From: Methylovulum sp.
Lineage (GTDB): Bacteria; Pseudomonadota; Gammaproteobacteria; Methylococcales; Methylomonadaceae
Length of the DNA: 64,000 bases
Reading direction: 5' to 3'
Assembly (NCBI RefSeq): GCF_028687615.1
Contig: NZ_JAQTZU010000004.1
Location: forward strand, 4,293-68,292
Shown: positions 24,502 to 34,611 of the stretch, piece by piece
How the letters are laid out: each line of letters begins with the position of its first letter
How positions within the stretch are numbered: the first letter of the stretch is position 1
Made by a program: the position numbers and the translations under genes
Notes under the pieces: model-generated
The model's database searches: none
The model's input: the letters and a program-made list of their open reading frames with translations, nothing else
Told to the model about the DNA's origin: nothing

Positions 24502-27225
24502 TTAACTGATTTTACCGTGGCAATGTTTGAACTTTTTCCCGGAGCCACAGGGACAAGCATCGTTCCTGCCGACATTTTTAGTGTCAACGCCAGCAAGCAA
24601 CGGTGCGTTGGCCTCTTCCTCATCGTCCACCGCCAATTGCGCCGCGTCATCAGCATCGAATAATGGCACTTGTGCATGCTGGAACTGCATGGCCCTTGGC
24701 GTTTGCATTTGTTCGTCCAACACTTGGGCGTCATGGTCTTGCCTGAGCTGGATTTTGAACAAGATGGTGACGACTTCGTGCTTAATATGTTCCAGCAGGT
24801 TATTGAACATTTCAAACGCTTCACGCTTGTATTCCTGTTTCGGGTCTTTTTGTGCATACCCCCGGAAATGGATGCCTTGGCGCAGATAATCCATCGCGGC
24901 GAGATGCTCTTTCCAATTGCTGTCCAACACTTGCAACATGATTGTTTTTTCAATATGTTGCATGATTTCCAAACCGATATGCTGTTCCTTGTCTTTATGG
25001 TTTTGTTCGAGTATTTCGACAATACGCTGACGTAATGAAGGCTCTTGCAAAGAATGGTCTTCATCCAACATTTGGCGGATCGGAATCTGCACAGTAAATT
25101 CTTGGTGGATATGGGACTCTAATTCCTCTATCGCCCATTGTTCAGCCATCGTTTTAGGCGGGATATATTCCGTGATGGCGTGGTTGACGACGTCTTCCCG
25201 TATCGCCGTGATAATCCCGGAAATTTCCGCCGCCGCCATGACTTCATTACGCTGGGCATAAATCACTTTACGCTGGTCATTGGCGACATCGTCATAAGCA
25301 AGGATTTCTTTACGGATGTCAAAATTGCGGCCTTCGACTTTGCGTTGGGCGTTTTCAATGGAGCGCGTCACCCAAGGATGCTCAATCGCCTCGCCGTTGC
25401 CCATACCCAGTTTTTGCATCAAACCGGCGACGCGCTCAGAAGCAAATATCCGCATCAAGTCATCTTGCAAAGACAAGTAAAAACGGGTGGAACCCGGATC
25501 ACCTTGGCGACCGGAACGACCGCGCAACTGGTTGTCGATACGGCGTGATTCGTGCCGCTCCGAGCCAATGACATGCAATCCACCGCTGGCGATGACTTGG
25601 TTATGGCGATCCAACCAGCCCCCGCGTGTTTTGTCCTTTTCTGCATCGCTGGCCTCAGTGCCTAGAAGTTTCAGTTCAGCTTCAAGATTGCCACCCAGCA
25701 CGATGTCGGTTCCGCGTCCCGCCATGTTGGTGGCAATGGTCACGGCGAAAGGCTGGCCGGCCTGTTCAATGATGTGCGCCTCGCGTTCATGCTGTTTGGC
25801 GTTCAACACTTCATGCTTGATGCCCATCGTATTCAAGAGCAGCGACACCCGTTCGGAATTTTCAATCGACGTGGTTCCAACCAACACCGGCTGCCCGCGA
25901 CTGACGCATTCTTTAATGTCTTCAGCCACGGCTTGGTATTTTTCATCGGCGGTCAGGAAGATCACATCACCCAGATCGCGGCGTATCATCGGTCTATGGG
26001 TAGGGATAACCACCACTTCCAAACCATAAATTTTGTTCAGCTCGAACGCTTCGGTATCGGCGGTTCCGGTCATGCCCGACAGTTTTTCGTACAGACGGAA
26101 GTAATTTTGGAAGGTGATGGAAGCCAGCGTTTGGTTTTCGTTTTGGATGGTGACGTGCTCTTTCGCCTCTATCGCCTGATGCAGGCCTTCTGACCAACGC
26201 CGTCCGGGCATCACGCGTCCGGTAAATTCGTCAACAATGACCACTTCGTCATTGGCGACAATGTAATCCACGTCTTTCTTGAACAAGATGTGGCCCCGCA
26301 TGGAGGCGTTCAGATAGTGCATCAAACGGATGTTGGTCGCATCATACAAGCTGGTGCCTTCCGCCATCAGGCCGTGTTCGACCATAAGCTGTTCGATACG
26401 CTCATGGCCTTGTTCGGTCAGATGGATTTGGCGGGTTTTTTCATCGACCGTGTAATCGCCATGCGGGCTGTCTTTTTCCTGGACGGTCAACAGCGGGACA
26501 ATGTCATTGGCCTTGATGTAAATCTCGGTGCTGTCTTCAGTGGGTCCGGAAATAATCAGCGGTGTCCGTGCTTCGTCAATCAGGATGGAGTCCACTTCAT
26601 CGACGATGGCAAAATACAAATCCCGCTGGACTTTTTGCTCCAAGCTGAACGCCATATTGTCACGCAGATAATCGAAGCCGAATTCGTTGTTAGTGCCGTA
26701 AGTGATGTCAGAAGCGTAGGCTTGGCGTCTTGACGGGGCATCCATCTGGCTCAGGATCACACCCGTGGACAAGCCCAAATAGCCATAGAGCATGCCCATG
26801 TTTTCGGCATCGCGTTTAGCCAAATAGTCATTGACGGTGACGACATGCACGCCACGGGCTGGTAATGCGTTCAGATACGCCGCCAAGGTCGCCATCAGCG
26901 TTTTGCCTTCGCCGGTTTTCATTTCGGCAATCTTACCGTCGTTCAACACCATGCCACCGATCAATTGCACATCGAAATGGCGTAGGCCGAACACGCGTGT
27001 GGACGCTTCGCGCACGGCTGCAAAGGCTTCAGGAATGAGAGTGTCCAGACGTTCTCCCTGAGCCAGACGGTCACGAAAAAACTGGGTTTTAGCTTTTAAT
27101 TCATCCTCAGATAGTTTTTCATATTCCAAAGCTAAAGCATTGATCTTTTTGACCAGCTTTCTCTTTTTATTTATCAGCCTATCGTTACGGCTCCCTACAA
27201 CAAGTTTAACTAGCTTACCGAGCAT
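24502..27225 (-). CDS. secA: Preprotein translocase ATPase SecA
   Basis: Motifs MKTGEGKTL and [19 protein letters not shown], plus the C-terminal zinc finger [14 protein letters not shown]. The start is trimmed to [16 protein letters not shown]. Confidence 0.97.
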   Translation of the reverse strand: MLGKLVKLVVGSRNDRLINKKRKLVKKINALALEYEKLSEDELKAKTQFFRDRLAQGERLDTLIPEAFAAVREASTRVFGLRHFDVQLIGGMVLNDGKIAEMKTGEGKTLMATLAAYLNALPARGVHVVTVNDYLAKRDAENMGMLYGYLGLSTGVILSQMDAPSRRQAYASDITYGTNNEFGFDYLRDNMAFSLEQKVQRDLYFAIVDEVDSILIDEARTPLIISGPTEDSTEIYIKANDIVPLLTVQEKDSPHGDYTVDEKTRQIHLTEQGHERIEQLMVEHGLMAEGTSLYDATNIRLMHYLNASMRGHILFKKDVDYIVANDEVVIVDEFTGRVMPGRRWSEGLHQAIEAKEHVTIQNENQTLASITFQNYFRLYEKLSGMTGTADTEAFELNKIYGLEVVVIPTHRPMIRRDLGDVIFLTADEKYQAVAEDIKECVSRGQPVLVGTTSIENSERVSLLLNTMGIKHEVLNAKQHEREAHIIEQAGQPFAVTIATNMAGRGTDIVLGGNLEAELKLLGTEASDAEKDKTRGGWLDRHNQVIASGGLHVIGSERHESRRIDNQLRGRSGRQGDPGSTRFYLSLQDDLMRIFASERVAGLMQKLGMGNGEAIEHPWVTRSIENAQRKVEGRNFDIRKEILAYDDVANDQRKVIYAQRNEVMAAAEISGIITAIREDVVNHAITEYIPPKTMAEQWAIEELESHIHQEFTVQIPIRQMLDEDHSLQEPSLRQRIVEILEQNHKDKEQHIGLEIMQHIEKTIMLQVLDSNWKEHLAAMDYLRQGIHFRGYAQKDPKQEYKREAFEMFNNLLEHIKHEVVTILFKIQLRQDHDAQVLDEQMQTPRAMQFQHAQVPLFDADDAAQLAVDDEEEANAPLLAGVDTKNVGRNDACPCGSGKKFKHCHGKIS

Positions 27226-27655
27226 GTCTTTTTCCGGTGTGAAAGTGGTAAATGATTTAATCAAAGCTTCCGATTATATACCGTCTAGCTTATTAGTTAC
27301 AGAGAAAACGCCCGATTGTTATATTCATCAGACGCTTGTGAACGGCTGGAAATTAACCGATAACTTGATATTTGTTGGTCATTGCCTTGGTCATTGCTGA
27401 TGCAGCCAAGGCCCTTCTGCATTGATAAGCCACTGAAAATGTGAAATTAGCATATAATTGAACGCGTAGAATTGGTTTTTGACACCTACGGTCAAGGACG
27501 CTGGCCGGCACTTTTAGGTGTCCGTAAAACCAACAGGATGGACAATAATAATTAAACATCAGTATCCATGTAGAGAAAGTGCGTCTGGTTTATCCAGCAC
27601 GTTCTTTACGGCTATTTACTGGCAACCACGACTAGAACGACAGAGGAATAAAATC

Positions 27656-28246
27656 ATGCAACTGTTCACCAAAAAACTTTTAAATTATTTTTTGATCGGT
27701 ATCCTAGCGATAATCCCCATCGTAGTTATTTTGCAAATCATTATTTTTATTGAGAAATTAGTTTCAGACCTGTTCAGCATCGTCTATGACTATGCGGATA
27801 GCTATGTCTATACGGCATTGTTTTTCACTGTCAGTTTTACGATTGTCGTGTCCATCGGCCAGAAAATCGTCAAGAAAGGCCGCCCTTGGGTGATCACCAT
27901 ATTCGACAAAATCATTGAAAGAATTCCATTTTTAAATACGGTGTACCGGGTGGTCGGCAAATTGATCAACATGTTCTCATCACATAACCAAACTATTGCC
28001 AAAGAAGTGGTTTATGTTGAATACCCCAGTGCGGGCATTTGGGTGCCGGCTTATGTCACCAACCGGCATGATGACAAGTATGTGTTGTTTATCCCAACCT
28101 CGCCCAACCCAACTTCGGGCTTTACCGTTATTGTTGACCAGGCAAAAATCGTTAAATCCGCAATGGATATTGAAGAAGCCACCAGCTTTATTGTCAGTGT
28201 TGGCGTCGATTACAATAAAGCTTCAGAAATGGCTGAACTACCTTAA
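27656..28246 (+). CDS. DUF502-family membrane protein
   Basis: The ATG at 27656 is preceded by GAGGAA. There are two N-terminal TM segments, and the PTSPNPTSGF motif is typical of DUF502. Confidence 0.75.
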   Translation: MQLFTKKLLNYFLIGILAIIPIVVILQIIIFIEKLVSDLFSIVYDYADSYVYTALFFTVSFTIVVSIGQKIVKKGRPWVITIFDKIIERIPFLNTVYRVVGKLINMFSSHNQTIAKEVVYVEYPSAGIWVPAYVTNRHDDKYVLFIPTSPNPTSGFTVIVDQAKIVKSAMDIEEATSFIVSVGVDYNKASEMAELP

Positions 28247-28294
28247 GCTGTCTGTGAATCCTTAAAATCCACTTTACATAAACCCCATAAACCA

Positions 28295-28519
28295 ATGAAA
28301 TTTAAAATTGCCCTCATATTTTTATTGACCATTTTCAATATGGTCGGCTGTAGCAAAGAAAAACCGGCCGACGTCAATGCTTCTTCCGCCCCCAATGATC
28401 AAGCAACCGGTGCTCAAAACCCCCAGCTCGAAGCCCTCAATAGAGCCAAACTGGTGGAACAAGTGCTCCAAGAAGGGGCTGAACAAGAAAAACGACAAAT
28501 TGATTCGCAAACAAAATAA
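28295..28519 (+). CDS. Small lipoprotein
   Basis: 74-aa ORF with lipobox MVGC and a hydrophilic mature part. Confidence 0.55.
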   Translation: MKFKIALIFLLTIFNMVGCSKEKPADVNASSAPNDQATGAQNPQLEALNRAKLVEQVLQEGAEQEKRQIDSQTK

Positions 28520-28548
28520 GCTTCAAAGTCAATGTCGGTTATACCGGC

Positions 28549-28673
28549 GGTCAAGTTTTCGGTTTCTTCAATTCGTTGTAGGGTACGCTGTGCGTACCTT
28601 TTTCATTGATTTTTAATGATAATTTATGAAGGTACGCACAGCGTACCCTACCTAAAAAACCGAAAACTTGACC
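28549..28673. repeat. Composite BIME-like palindromic element
   Basis: Outer 17-nt arms GGTCAAGTTTTCGGTTT / AAACCGAAAACTTGACC. Inner 23-nt arms GTAGGGTACGCTGTGCGTACCTT / AAGGTACGCACAGCGTACCCTAC, each of which is itself a hairpin (GGTACGC-NNN-GCGTACC). Confidence 0.8.
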
Positions 28674-28816
28674 ATTCTGAGAGTATATATTCCGCGTTGA
28701 TAACATCTTGGCAGTGACCGTAACACACCAAAAACCTCCCGAATCTTACAAGCCAGGATATTTTTTATACAATTTAATGGCTTATGCTGTAATCGACGCA
28801 GTATACACCGTCAGTT

Positions 28817-29662
28817 TTATCCTACCGCCACCGCCCTATTCGCATCCCTAATCCACTCGCTCCAAGACCCGGCATATAAGCTGGAGCCACGCAAACCCGC
28901 ATGTTCCATAGCCAACAGATTATGGCAAGCAGTGACTCCCGAACCGCAATTGTGTACCACTGCATCCGGTGAGTAGTTGCCTATCAAGTTGCTAAACTGT
29001 TGCCGTAACACCGCAGGTGGCAGAAACAATCCATCTTGAGCTAAATTTTGCTGGAACGGGCGGTTTAACGCGCCAGGAATATGCCCGGCGACGGGATCTA
29101 TCGGCTCTTGTTCACCACGATAACGTTCGGGTGTCCGGGCATCAAGCAAGCAAAGTTTTTTAGTCGCCAAGCCATTTTCCAGCGCACGGGCATCCAAGCA
29201 GCCGCTGGTGTTCAGGTACGGCCTGAAAACAACCGGCTTAACTTTGGGCAAGATAGTGGTGATGGGCAAACCCAGTTGTTGCCAGTGTTTGCTGCCGCCA
29301 TCCAATACCGCCACCTTGTCATGCCCCAACCAACGTAACAACCACCACAAGCGCCCGGCAAACGCGCCGCTGGCATCATCATAAACCACCACTTGGGTAT
29401 GGTTGGCTATGCCCCATGTCCCTAATTTGTTTGCCAATGCCCGGACATCCGGCAACGGGTGGCGGCCTGTTTGGTCAGTGATTTGCGAGGATAAATCCTG
29501 GTTCAAATCGGCATAACGGGCGTTGGGGAGATGTCCGAACCGGTAAGCGCTGTGTCCGGCTTCGGTGTCAGCCAGTGAAAACCGGCAATCGACGACGGTC
29601 CAGTCTGGATTCGCCAAATTAGCTTGCAAATCGGCGGCGGAAATTAAAGTGGTGTAGTTCAT
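28817..29662 (-). CDS. sseA: Tandem-rhodanese 3-mercaptopyruvate/thiosulfate sulfurtransferase
   Basis: 281-aa ORF with active-site loop CGSGVTACH in the second rhodanese domain. Confidence 0.88.
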   Translation of the reverse strand: MNYTTLISAADLQANLANPDWTVVDCRFSLADTEAGHSAYRFGHLPNARYADLNQDLSSQITDQTGRHPLPDVRALANKLGTWGIANHTQVVVYDDASGAFAGRLWWLLRWLGHDKVAVLDGGSKHWQQLGLPITTILPKVKPVVFRPYLNTSGCLDARALENGLATKKLCLLDARTPERYRGEQEPIDPVAGHIPGALNRPFQQNLAQDGLFLPPAVLRQQFSNLIGNYSPDAVVHNCGSGVTACHNLLAMEHAGLRGSSLYAGSWSEWIRDANRAVAVG

Positions 29663-30630
29663 GGAGAGACCTGTAGGATAATTTTGCCGATGTGCTGGTT
29701 GCTTTCCATCAGCGCATGGGCCAGCGCGGCATCGTTAAGGGGAAAAATACGATGGATAACGGGCTTGATTGTGCCGGACTCCAGTAAAGGCCAGACGTTT
29801 TTATAGAGTTTTTGGGCGATGGCGGCCTTAAAGGCATCGTCACGGCCCCGTAAGGTGGAACCGGTAAGGGTCAGGCGTTTTTGCATCACGGCCCACAGAT
29901 TCAGTTCGGATTTGGCGCCCTGCTGCACGGCGATTTGCACCAGCCGCCCATCTGTTGCCAGGCATTTGATATTACGCGGCAAATAATCACCACCGATCAT
30001 ATCGAGGATCACGTCAACGCCACGATGTTGGGTCAATTGCAGGACTGCTTCGACAAAATCCTGTTCACGGTAATTAATCGCCGCCTCTGCGCCTAATTCA
30101 CGGCAAAAGTGGCATTTTTCTTCAGAACCTGCGCTGATAAAAACTTTGGCGCCAAACGCCCTGGCAAGTTGTATCGCGGTTGTGCCTATGCCACTGCCGC
30201 CGCCATGCACCAGTAAAGTTTCGTTGGCATTTAAGCCGGCGCGGTCGAAGATATTGCTCCAGACGGTAAAAAAGGTTTCCGGCAACGCCGCCGCTTCGAG
30301 TAATGACAAACTTTCTGGTACTGGCAAACATAAGGCCGCAGAAGCCAAGCAATATTCGGCATAGCCACCACCCGTGACCAAGGCGCACACGGTATCACCG
30401 ACTCGCCACGGCGTCACCGCATCGCCCACCGCCGCCACGGTTCCAGCAATTTCCAGACCGGGAATATCCGATGCGCCAGGTGGCGGCGGATATAGGCCAT
30501 TACGCTGCATCACATCAGGGCGGTTTATCCCGGCGGCGGCGACTTTAACCAACACCTGATACGAAGCCGGTTCCGGTATGGCCCGTTCGGAGCTTAGTAA
30601 GGCATGGTTTTGTATTTCGATAACACGCAT
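29659..30630 (-). CDS. NAD(P)H:quinone oxidoreductase (MDR superfamily, PIG3-like)
   Basis: 323-aa ORF with the nucleotide-binding segment LVHGGGSGIGTTAIQLA. It overlaps the downstream gene by 4 nt. Confidence 0.88.
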   Translation of the reverse strand: MRVIEIQNHALLSSERAIPEPASYQVLVKVAAAGINRPDVMQRNGLYPPPPGASDIPGLEIAGTVAAVGDAVTPWRVGDTVCALVTGGGYAEYCLASAALCLPVPESLSLLEAAALPETFFTVWSNIFDRAGLNANETLLVHGGGSGIGTTAIQLARAFGAKVFISAGSEEKCHFCRELGAEAAINYREQDFVEAVLQLTQHRGVDVILDMIGGDYLPRNIKCLATDGRLVQIAVQQGAKSELNLWAVMQKRLTLTGSTLRGRDDAFKAAIAQKLYKNVWPLLESGTIKPVIHRIFPLNDAALAHALMESNQHIGKIILQVSP

Positions 30631-30865
30631 AAATTAATCCGCAATAAAAATGACCACGCTATTATATGCAACGCAAGCCAGTTTCCGGCAATCAAGGTTT
30701 GCAAGTTTTTAAATCCAGCCGATAGAAAAAATCAGAAAATACGGATAACACACAAACGCTAAGATTCTGATTGCCCGATAATTGACGCTGCCTGTAGTGG
30801 ATGCTATCTTGCCGCCCAGCTATTTAGCGGCGGGATTTTAAGCCGCCACAACATAAGGATAAAAA

Positions 30866-31897
30866 ATGATTAAGGCAGGTATTGTAGGCGGCACCGGATA
30901 TACCGGAGTGGAACTGTTACGGATTTTGGCACGGCATCCCGATGTTGACGTGTCTGTCGTCACGTCACGCGCCGATGCCGGGGTGCGGGTAGATGCGGTG
31001 TATCCGAGCCTGCGAAAATTGCTGGATGCCTGCTTCACCCAACCGGAAATCGACACCCTGGCGCAATGCGATGTGGTGTTCTTTGCCACACCCAACGGCA
31101 CGGCGATGCAAATGGCCGAAGCCTTATTGGAGCGGGGCGTCAAAGTCATCGATTTATCGGCTGATTTTAGATTACAAAACGTCGAAGAATGGCAACATTG
31201 GTATGGCATGAATCACGCCTGCCCCGATTTGATCAGACACGCCGTCTATGGCTTGCCCGAAGTCAACCGCGCCGCCATCCAGCAAGCCAATTTAATCGCT
31301 TGCCCAGGCTGTTACCCGACCGCCGTGCAATTGGGTTTTTTGCCGCTGATAGAAAACAAGTTGGTTGATCTTGGCCACCTGATCGCCGATGTCAAATCCG
31401 GTGTCAGTGGCGCAGGACGCAAAGCGGAATTGGCGGCCTTGATGAGCGAAACCGGCGAAAGCTTCAAAGCCTACGCCGTCAGCGGACATCGGCATTTACC
31501 TGAAATCCGCCAAGGTTTGGCTATTGCCGCCGGACAAGCCGTGCAATTGACGTTTGTCCCGCATTTGACCCCGATGATACGCGGCATCCACGCCACTTTG
31601 TACGCACAGTTGCGGGGCAATGCCAGCTCCTTGCAAGCCCTGTACGAACAACGCTATGCAAACGAGCCGTTTGTCGATGTCCTGCCGCAGGCTTCACATC
31701 CTGACACCCGTAATGTGCGCGGCAGCAACAATTGCCAAATCTCCCTGCATCAACCGCAAGACGGCAACACGGTGGTGGTGCTGTCGGTCATCGACAATCT
31801 GGTCAAAGGCGCGTCAGGACAAGCGGTGCAGAACATGAACCTGATGTTTGGCTTGGCAGAAACGGCAGGCTTGGGGACAGTCGCTTTGTATCCCTAA
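30866..31897 (+). CDS. argC: N-acetyl-gamma-glutamyl-phosphate reductase
   Basis: 343-aa ORF with [14 protein letters not shown] and catalytic Cys in ACPGCYPTA. Confidence 0.95.
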   Translation: MIKAGIVGGTGYTGVELLRILARHPDVDVSVVTSRADAGVRVDAVYPSLRKLLDACFTQPEIDTLAQCDVVFFATPNGTAMQMAEALLERGVKVIDLSADFRLQNVEEWQHWYGMNHACPDLIRHAVYGLPEVNRAAIQQANLIACPGCYPTAVQLGFLPLIENKLVDLGHLIADVKSGVSGAGRKAELAALMSETGESFKAYAVSGHRHLPEIRQGLAIAAGQAVQLTFVPHLTPMIRGIHATLYAQLRGNASSLQALYEQRYANEPFVDVLPQASHPDTRNVRGSNNCQISLHQPQDGNTVVVLSVIDNLVKGASGQAVQNMNLMFGLAETAGLGTVALYP

Positions 31898-32554
31898 CCG
31901 CCCATCTAACAATTGCAATCTTCATGGCAACTGGAAATTGAAAGGATTAGGCGATGCACCCATTGTGGCTATCGCCAATCCAATCACTGGCTGGGCAACC
32001 ATTAGCTGCCTAACAAAGTCCCCCAGCATTTGCTGGAGCTTATCGATACACGCAGCAATCCATTGACGCACTTCCAGATTACCAACAATCCGTCTTCATC
32101 CGCGCCATCGCCAAAATTACAATGGCTTGCCCCCCATCTAAAAACCCATGCCCATCAAAATTGAACAACGGCATAGTATTTTTTGATGGTATTTCTTGAT
32201 TAGGAAGACCTAGGCGGAAGGGTATGAAGCCCCTTGTGCCGCCCCCCAGACAAATACCCTAGGGCATAGGAGCGGGGAATACAAGACAATAGCGGCAACC
32301 GGGCCGCCTTTTCTTTGCCATTTTCTTTTCGACCGGGTGGATGCCACCACTAAAGGGTGGTCTATGGACAGAGCAGCGTAGCGGTGTGCCAAAGCACCGC
32401 AAAAGCAAGTGGGCCGCTTGCCCGTGTGGGAACCGACTTTAAATAATCGTCGCAATCGCAACTCAACTTCTGTTTCTTTTCGACAACCCAGATGTATCTG
32501 CGTAACATCAGTTAATCAGACTATCGCCATGACTTGCCGCTTCGGATTCTCCCC

Positions 32555-33691
32555 ATGAAAAAACCTTACCTGATAACCGCCCTTATCCTTGCCGGACTGG
32601 CTGCGGTTTATTTTTATAAGCAGCCGCCCAAACCCATAGCAGTTGACGTGTATACCGTCGCCAAGGGCGAGGTTAAATCAACAGTGTCCAATACGCGGGT
32701 AGGCACGGTCAAGGCATGTAGGCGGGCTTTTCTGGCTCCGGCGACGGGCGGTCAGGTGGCAAAACTGCATGTTAAAGAAGGCGACCAAGTCCAGCAAAAC
32801 CAGTTGTTGCTGGAGGTGTGGAATAAGGATTTACAAGACCAAGTGAAATTACAGCAAGCGCAAATCCGCGCGAACCAAGCTTCCGCCGAACAGGCTTGCC
32901 AGCTTGGCGCCAGTGCGGGCCGTGAAGCGGAACGGATCAACAAGCTGTATCAGCGCGACCGTTTTGTTTCTGAGGAAATGGTCGATAACAAAGTGTTCAC
33001 CGCCAAATCCAAGCAAGCCGCCTGCAAGGCCGCACGCGAAAACATCAAAGTCAGCGAACGGGCTTTGGAAGCGGCGCAAGCGGCGGTTGAGCGCACCCTG
33101 CTCATCGCCCCGTTTGACGGCACGGTGGCGGAGATCAATGCCGAACTCGGCGAATATGCCACACCGTCACCACCAGGAATCCCCACCCTGCCTGCAATTG
33201 ACCTGATGGATGTCAGTTGCCTATATGTGTCCGCCCCGATTGATGAAGTCGACGCGCCGCAGATAAAAACGGGCATGACCGCTTGCGTCTCGCTGGATGC
33301 CTTCCCTGAAAAACGCTGTTCCGGCACAGTGTCACGGATTGCCCCGTATGTGTTGGAAAAAGAAAAACAGGCGCGTACCGTCGAAGTGGAAGTGAAGCTG
33401 ACCGACCCGAAAGACCTCAAGGAATTGCTGCCCGGCTACAGCGCCGATATTGAAGTTTTACTGACCAGCAAAGCGCAAGCGATCTGGGTTCCGGCAGAAG
33501 CCGTCATGGAAAACAACCGCGTTTTACTGATAAAAGCAGACGGTTTATTGGAAGAGCGCAGCTTTAAACCCGGCTTAAGCAACTGGAATACCATAGAAGT
33601 CATTTCCGGCTTGGCTGTCGGCGACAAAATCGTCAAATCCATCGGTCAGGACGGCGTGAAGGCAGGTGCTTATGTCCAGGAACGGCCATGA
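32555..33691 (+). CDS. Efflux periplasmic adaptor (HlyD/MacA family)
   Basis: N-terminal anchor KKPYLITALILAGLAAVYFY, a coiled-coil hairpin region and a barrel-sandwich domain. The start is trimmed from TTG 32534 to ATG 32555. Confidence 0.85.
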   Translation: MKKPYLITALILAGLAAVYFYKQPPKPIAVDVYTVAKGEVKSTVSNTRVGTVKACRRAFLAPATGGQVAKLHVKEGDQVQQNQLLLEVWNKDLQDQVKLQQAQIRANQASAEQACQLGASAGREAERINKLYQRDRFVSEEMVDNKVFTAKSKQAACKAARENIKVSERALEAAQAAVERTLLIAPFDGTVAEINAELGEYATPSPPGIPTLPAIDLMDVSCLYVSAPIDEVDAPQIKTGMTACVSLDAFPEKRCSGTVSRIAPYVLEKEKQARTVEVEVKLTDPKDLKELLPGYSADIEVLLTSKAQAIWVPAEAVMENNRVLLIKADGLLEERSFKPGLSNWNTIEVISGLAVGDKIVKSIGQDGVKAGAYVQERP

Positions 33692-34347
33692 TCCAGTTGG
33701 AGCATATCCATCGGTATTTCCAGGTCGGCGAGCAGTCCGTCCACGCCCTGAATGACATTAACCTCACGATAAACAAAGGTGAATACGTCTCGGTGATGGG
33801 CCCCTCTGGTTCCGGTAAATCCACGTTGTTAAATATTGTCGCCTTGCTTGACAGGCCCTCTTCGGGGCGGTATGTGTTGAATGATATTGATGTGATCCAA
33901 CGCAGCGATGATGAACTGGCTAGGATACGCCGGGAAAATATCGGTTTTGTGTTCCAGTTTTTCCACGTCATCCCGCGTTTGACCGCCGCCGAAAACGTCG
34001 AAATGCCGATGATATTGGCAGGCATCAACCCCAAGGAACGCAAACAACGGGTGCTGGAAGCACTGGCTGCCGTCAGCTTGCAAGACCGCATCCACCATAA
34101 ACCGAACCAACTGTCCGGCGGGCAACTGCAACGGGTGGCGATTGCCCGTGCGATGATTATGCGCCCCGAAGTGGTGTTAGCCGACGAACCGACAGGCAAC
34201 CTAGATAGTAAGGCGGGCTTGGAAATTATGGAGTTATTGGAAAACCTGAATCGGCAAGGCGTGACCTTGATTATGATTACCCACGATCAGGTACTGGGTA
34301 GCCGTGCGCCACGGCGGATTAGGATTGTTGATGGGCAAATTGAATAA
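33688..34347 (+). CDS. ABC transporter ATP-binding protein (MacB/LolD-type, stand-alone)
   Basis: Walker A GPSGSGKST, signature LSGGQLQRVAIARA and Walker B VVLADEPTGNLD. It overlaps the adaptor gene by 4 nt. Confidence 0.93.
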   Translation: MIQLEHIHRYFQVGEQSVHALNDINLTINKGEYVSVMGPSGSGKSTLLNIVALLDRPSSGRYVLNDIDVIQRSDDELARIRRENIGFVFQFFHVIPRLTAAENVEMPMILAGINPKERKQRVLEALAAVSLQDRIHHKPNQLSGGQLQRVAIARAMIMRPEVVLADEPTGNLDSKAGLEIMELLENLNRQGVTLIMITHDQVLGSRAPRRIRIVDGQIE

Positions 34348-34611
34348 TGGCGAATAGCTTTCCAGGTTTTTCGCTATTTGGTATTGATAGGTTTACCTCT
34401 TGTTTGAATGCTATCAAATCTAAGGCGAATGAATGTCTTCATTCAGCCATTAAGAGAATGGAATTTGAGATTTACGGCAAGTGAAAGCTTCAGAGCAACC
34501 GATCAACGTCTCACATCATCGGCAGCAAAAAGCAAAGCGAGGAATGAGCAGCACTTTTTGCTGTCCGAGTGTATGCGATTGTTATACGTCACGACTTCGA
34601 CACTTTATTTA

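Noticed and set aside
24486-25064. 192-aa same-strand ORF in an alternative frame within the 3' end of secA.
   Set aside because: The Cys/Lys/Ser/Thr-rich translation has no features. It is embedded entirely in the well-supported secA frame.
32205-32260. SRP (4.5S) RNA-like motif CCTAGGCGGAAGGGTATGAAGCC.
   Set aside because: It only loosely resembles GGTCCGGAAGGAAGCAGCC. The symmetric-loop partner strand and the closing long helix of 4.5S RNA are absent.
32210-32461. 83-aa ORF on the minus strand in the argC-exporter spacer.
   Set aside because: The translation is Arg/Cys/Pro/Ala-rich with no hydrophobic periodicity. It coincides with stacked hairpins, so it is more likely non-coding.
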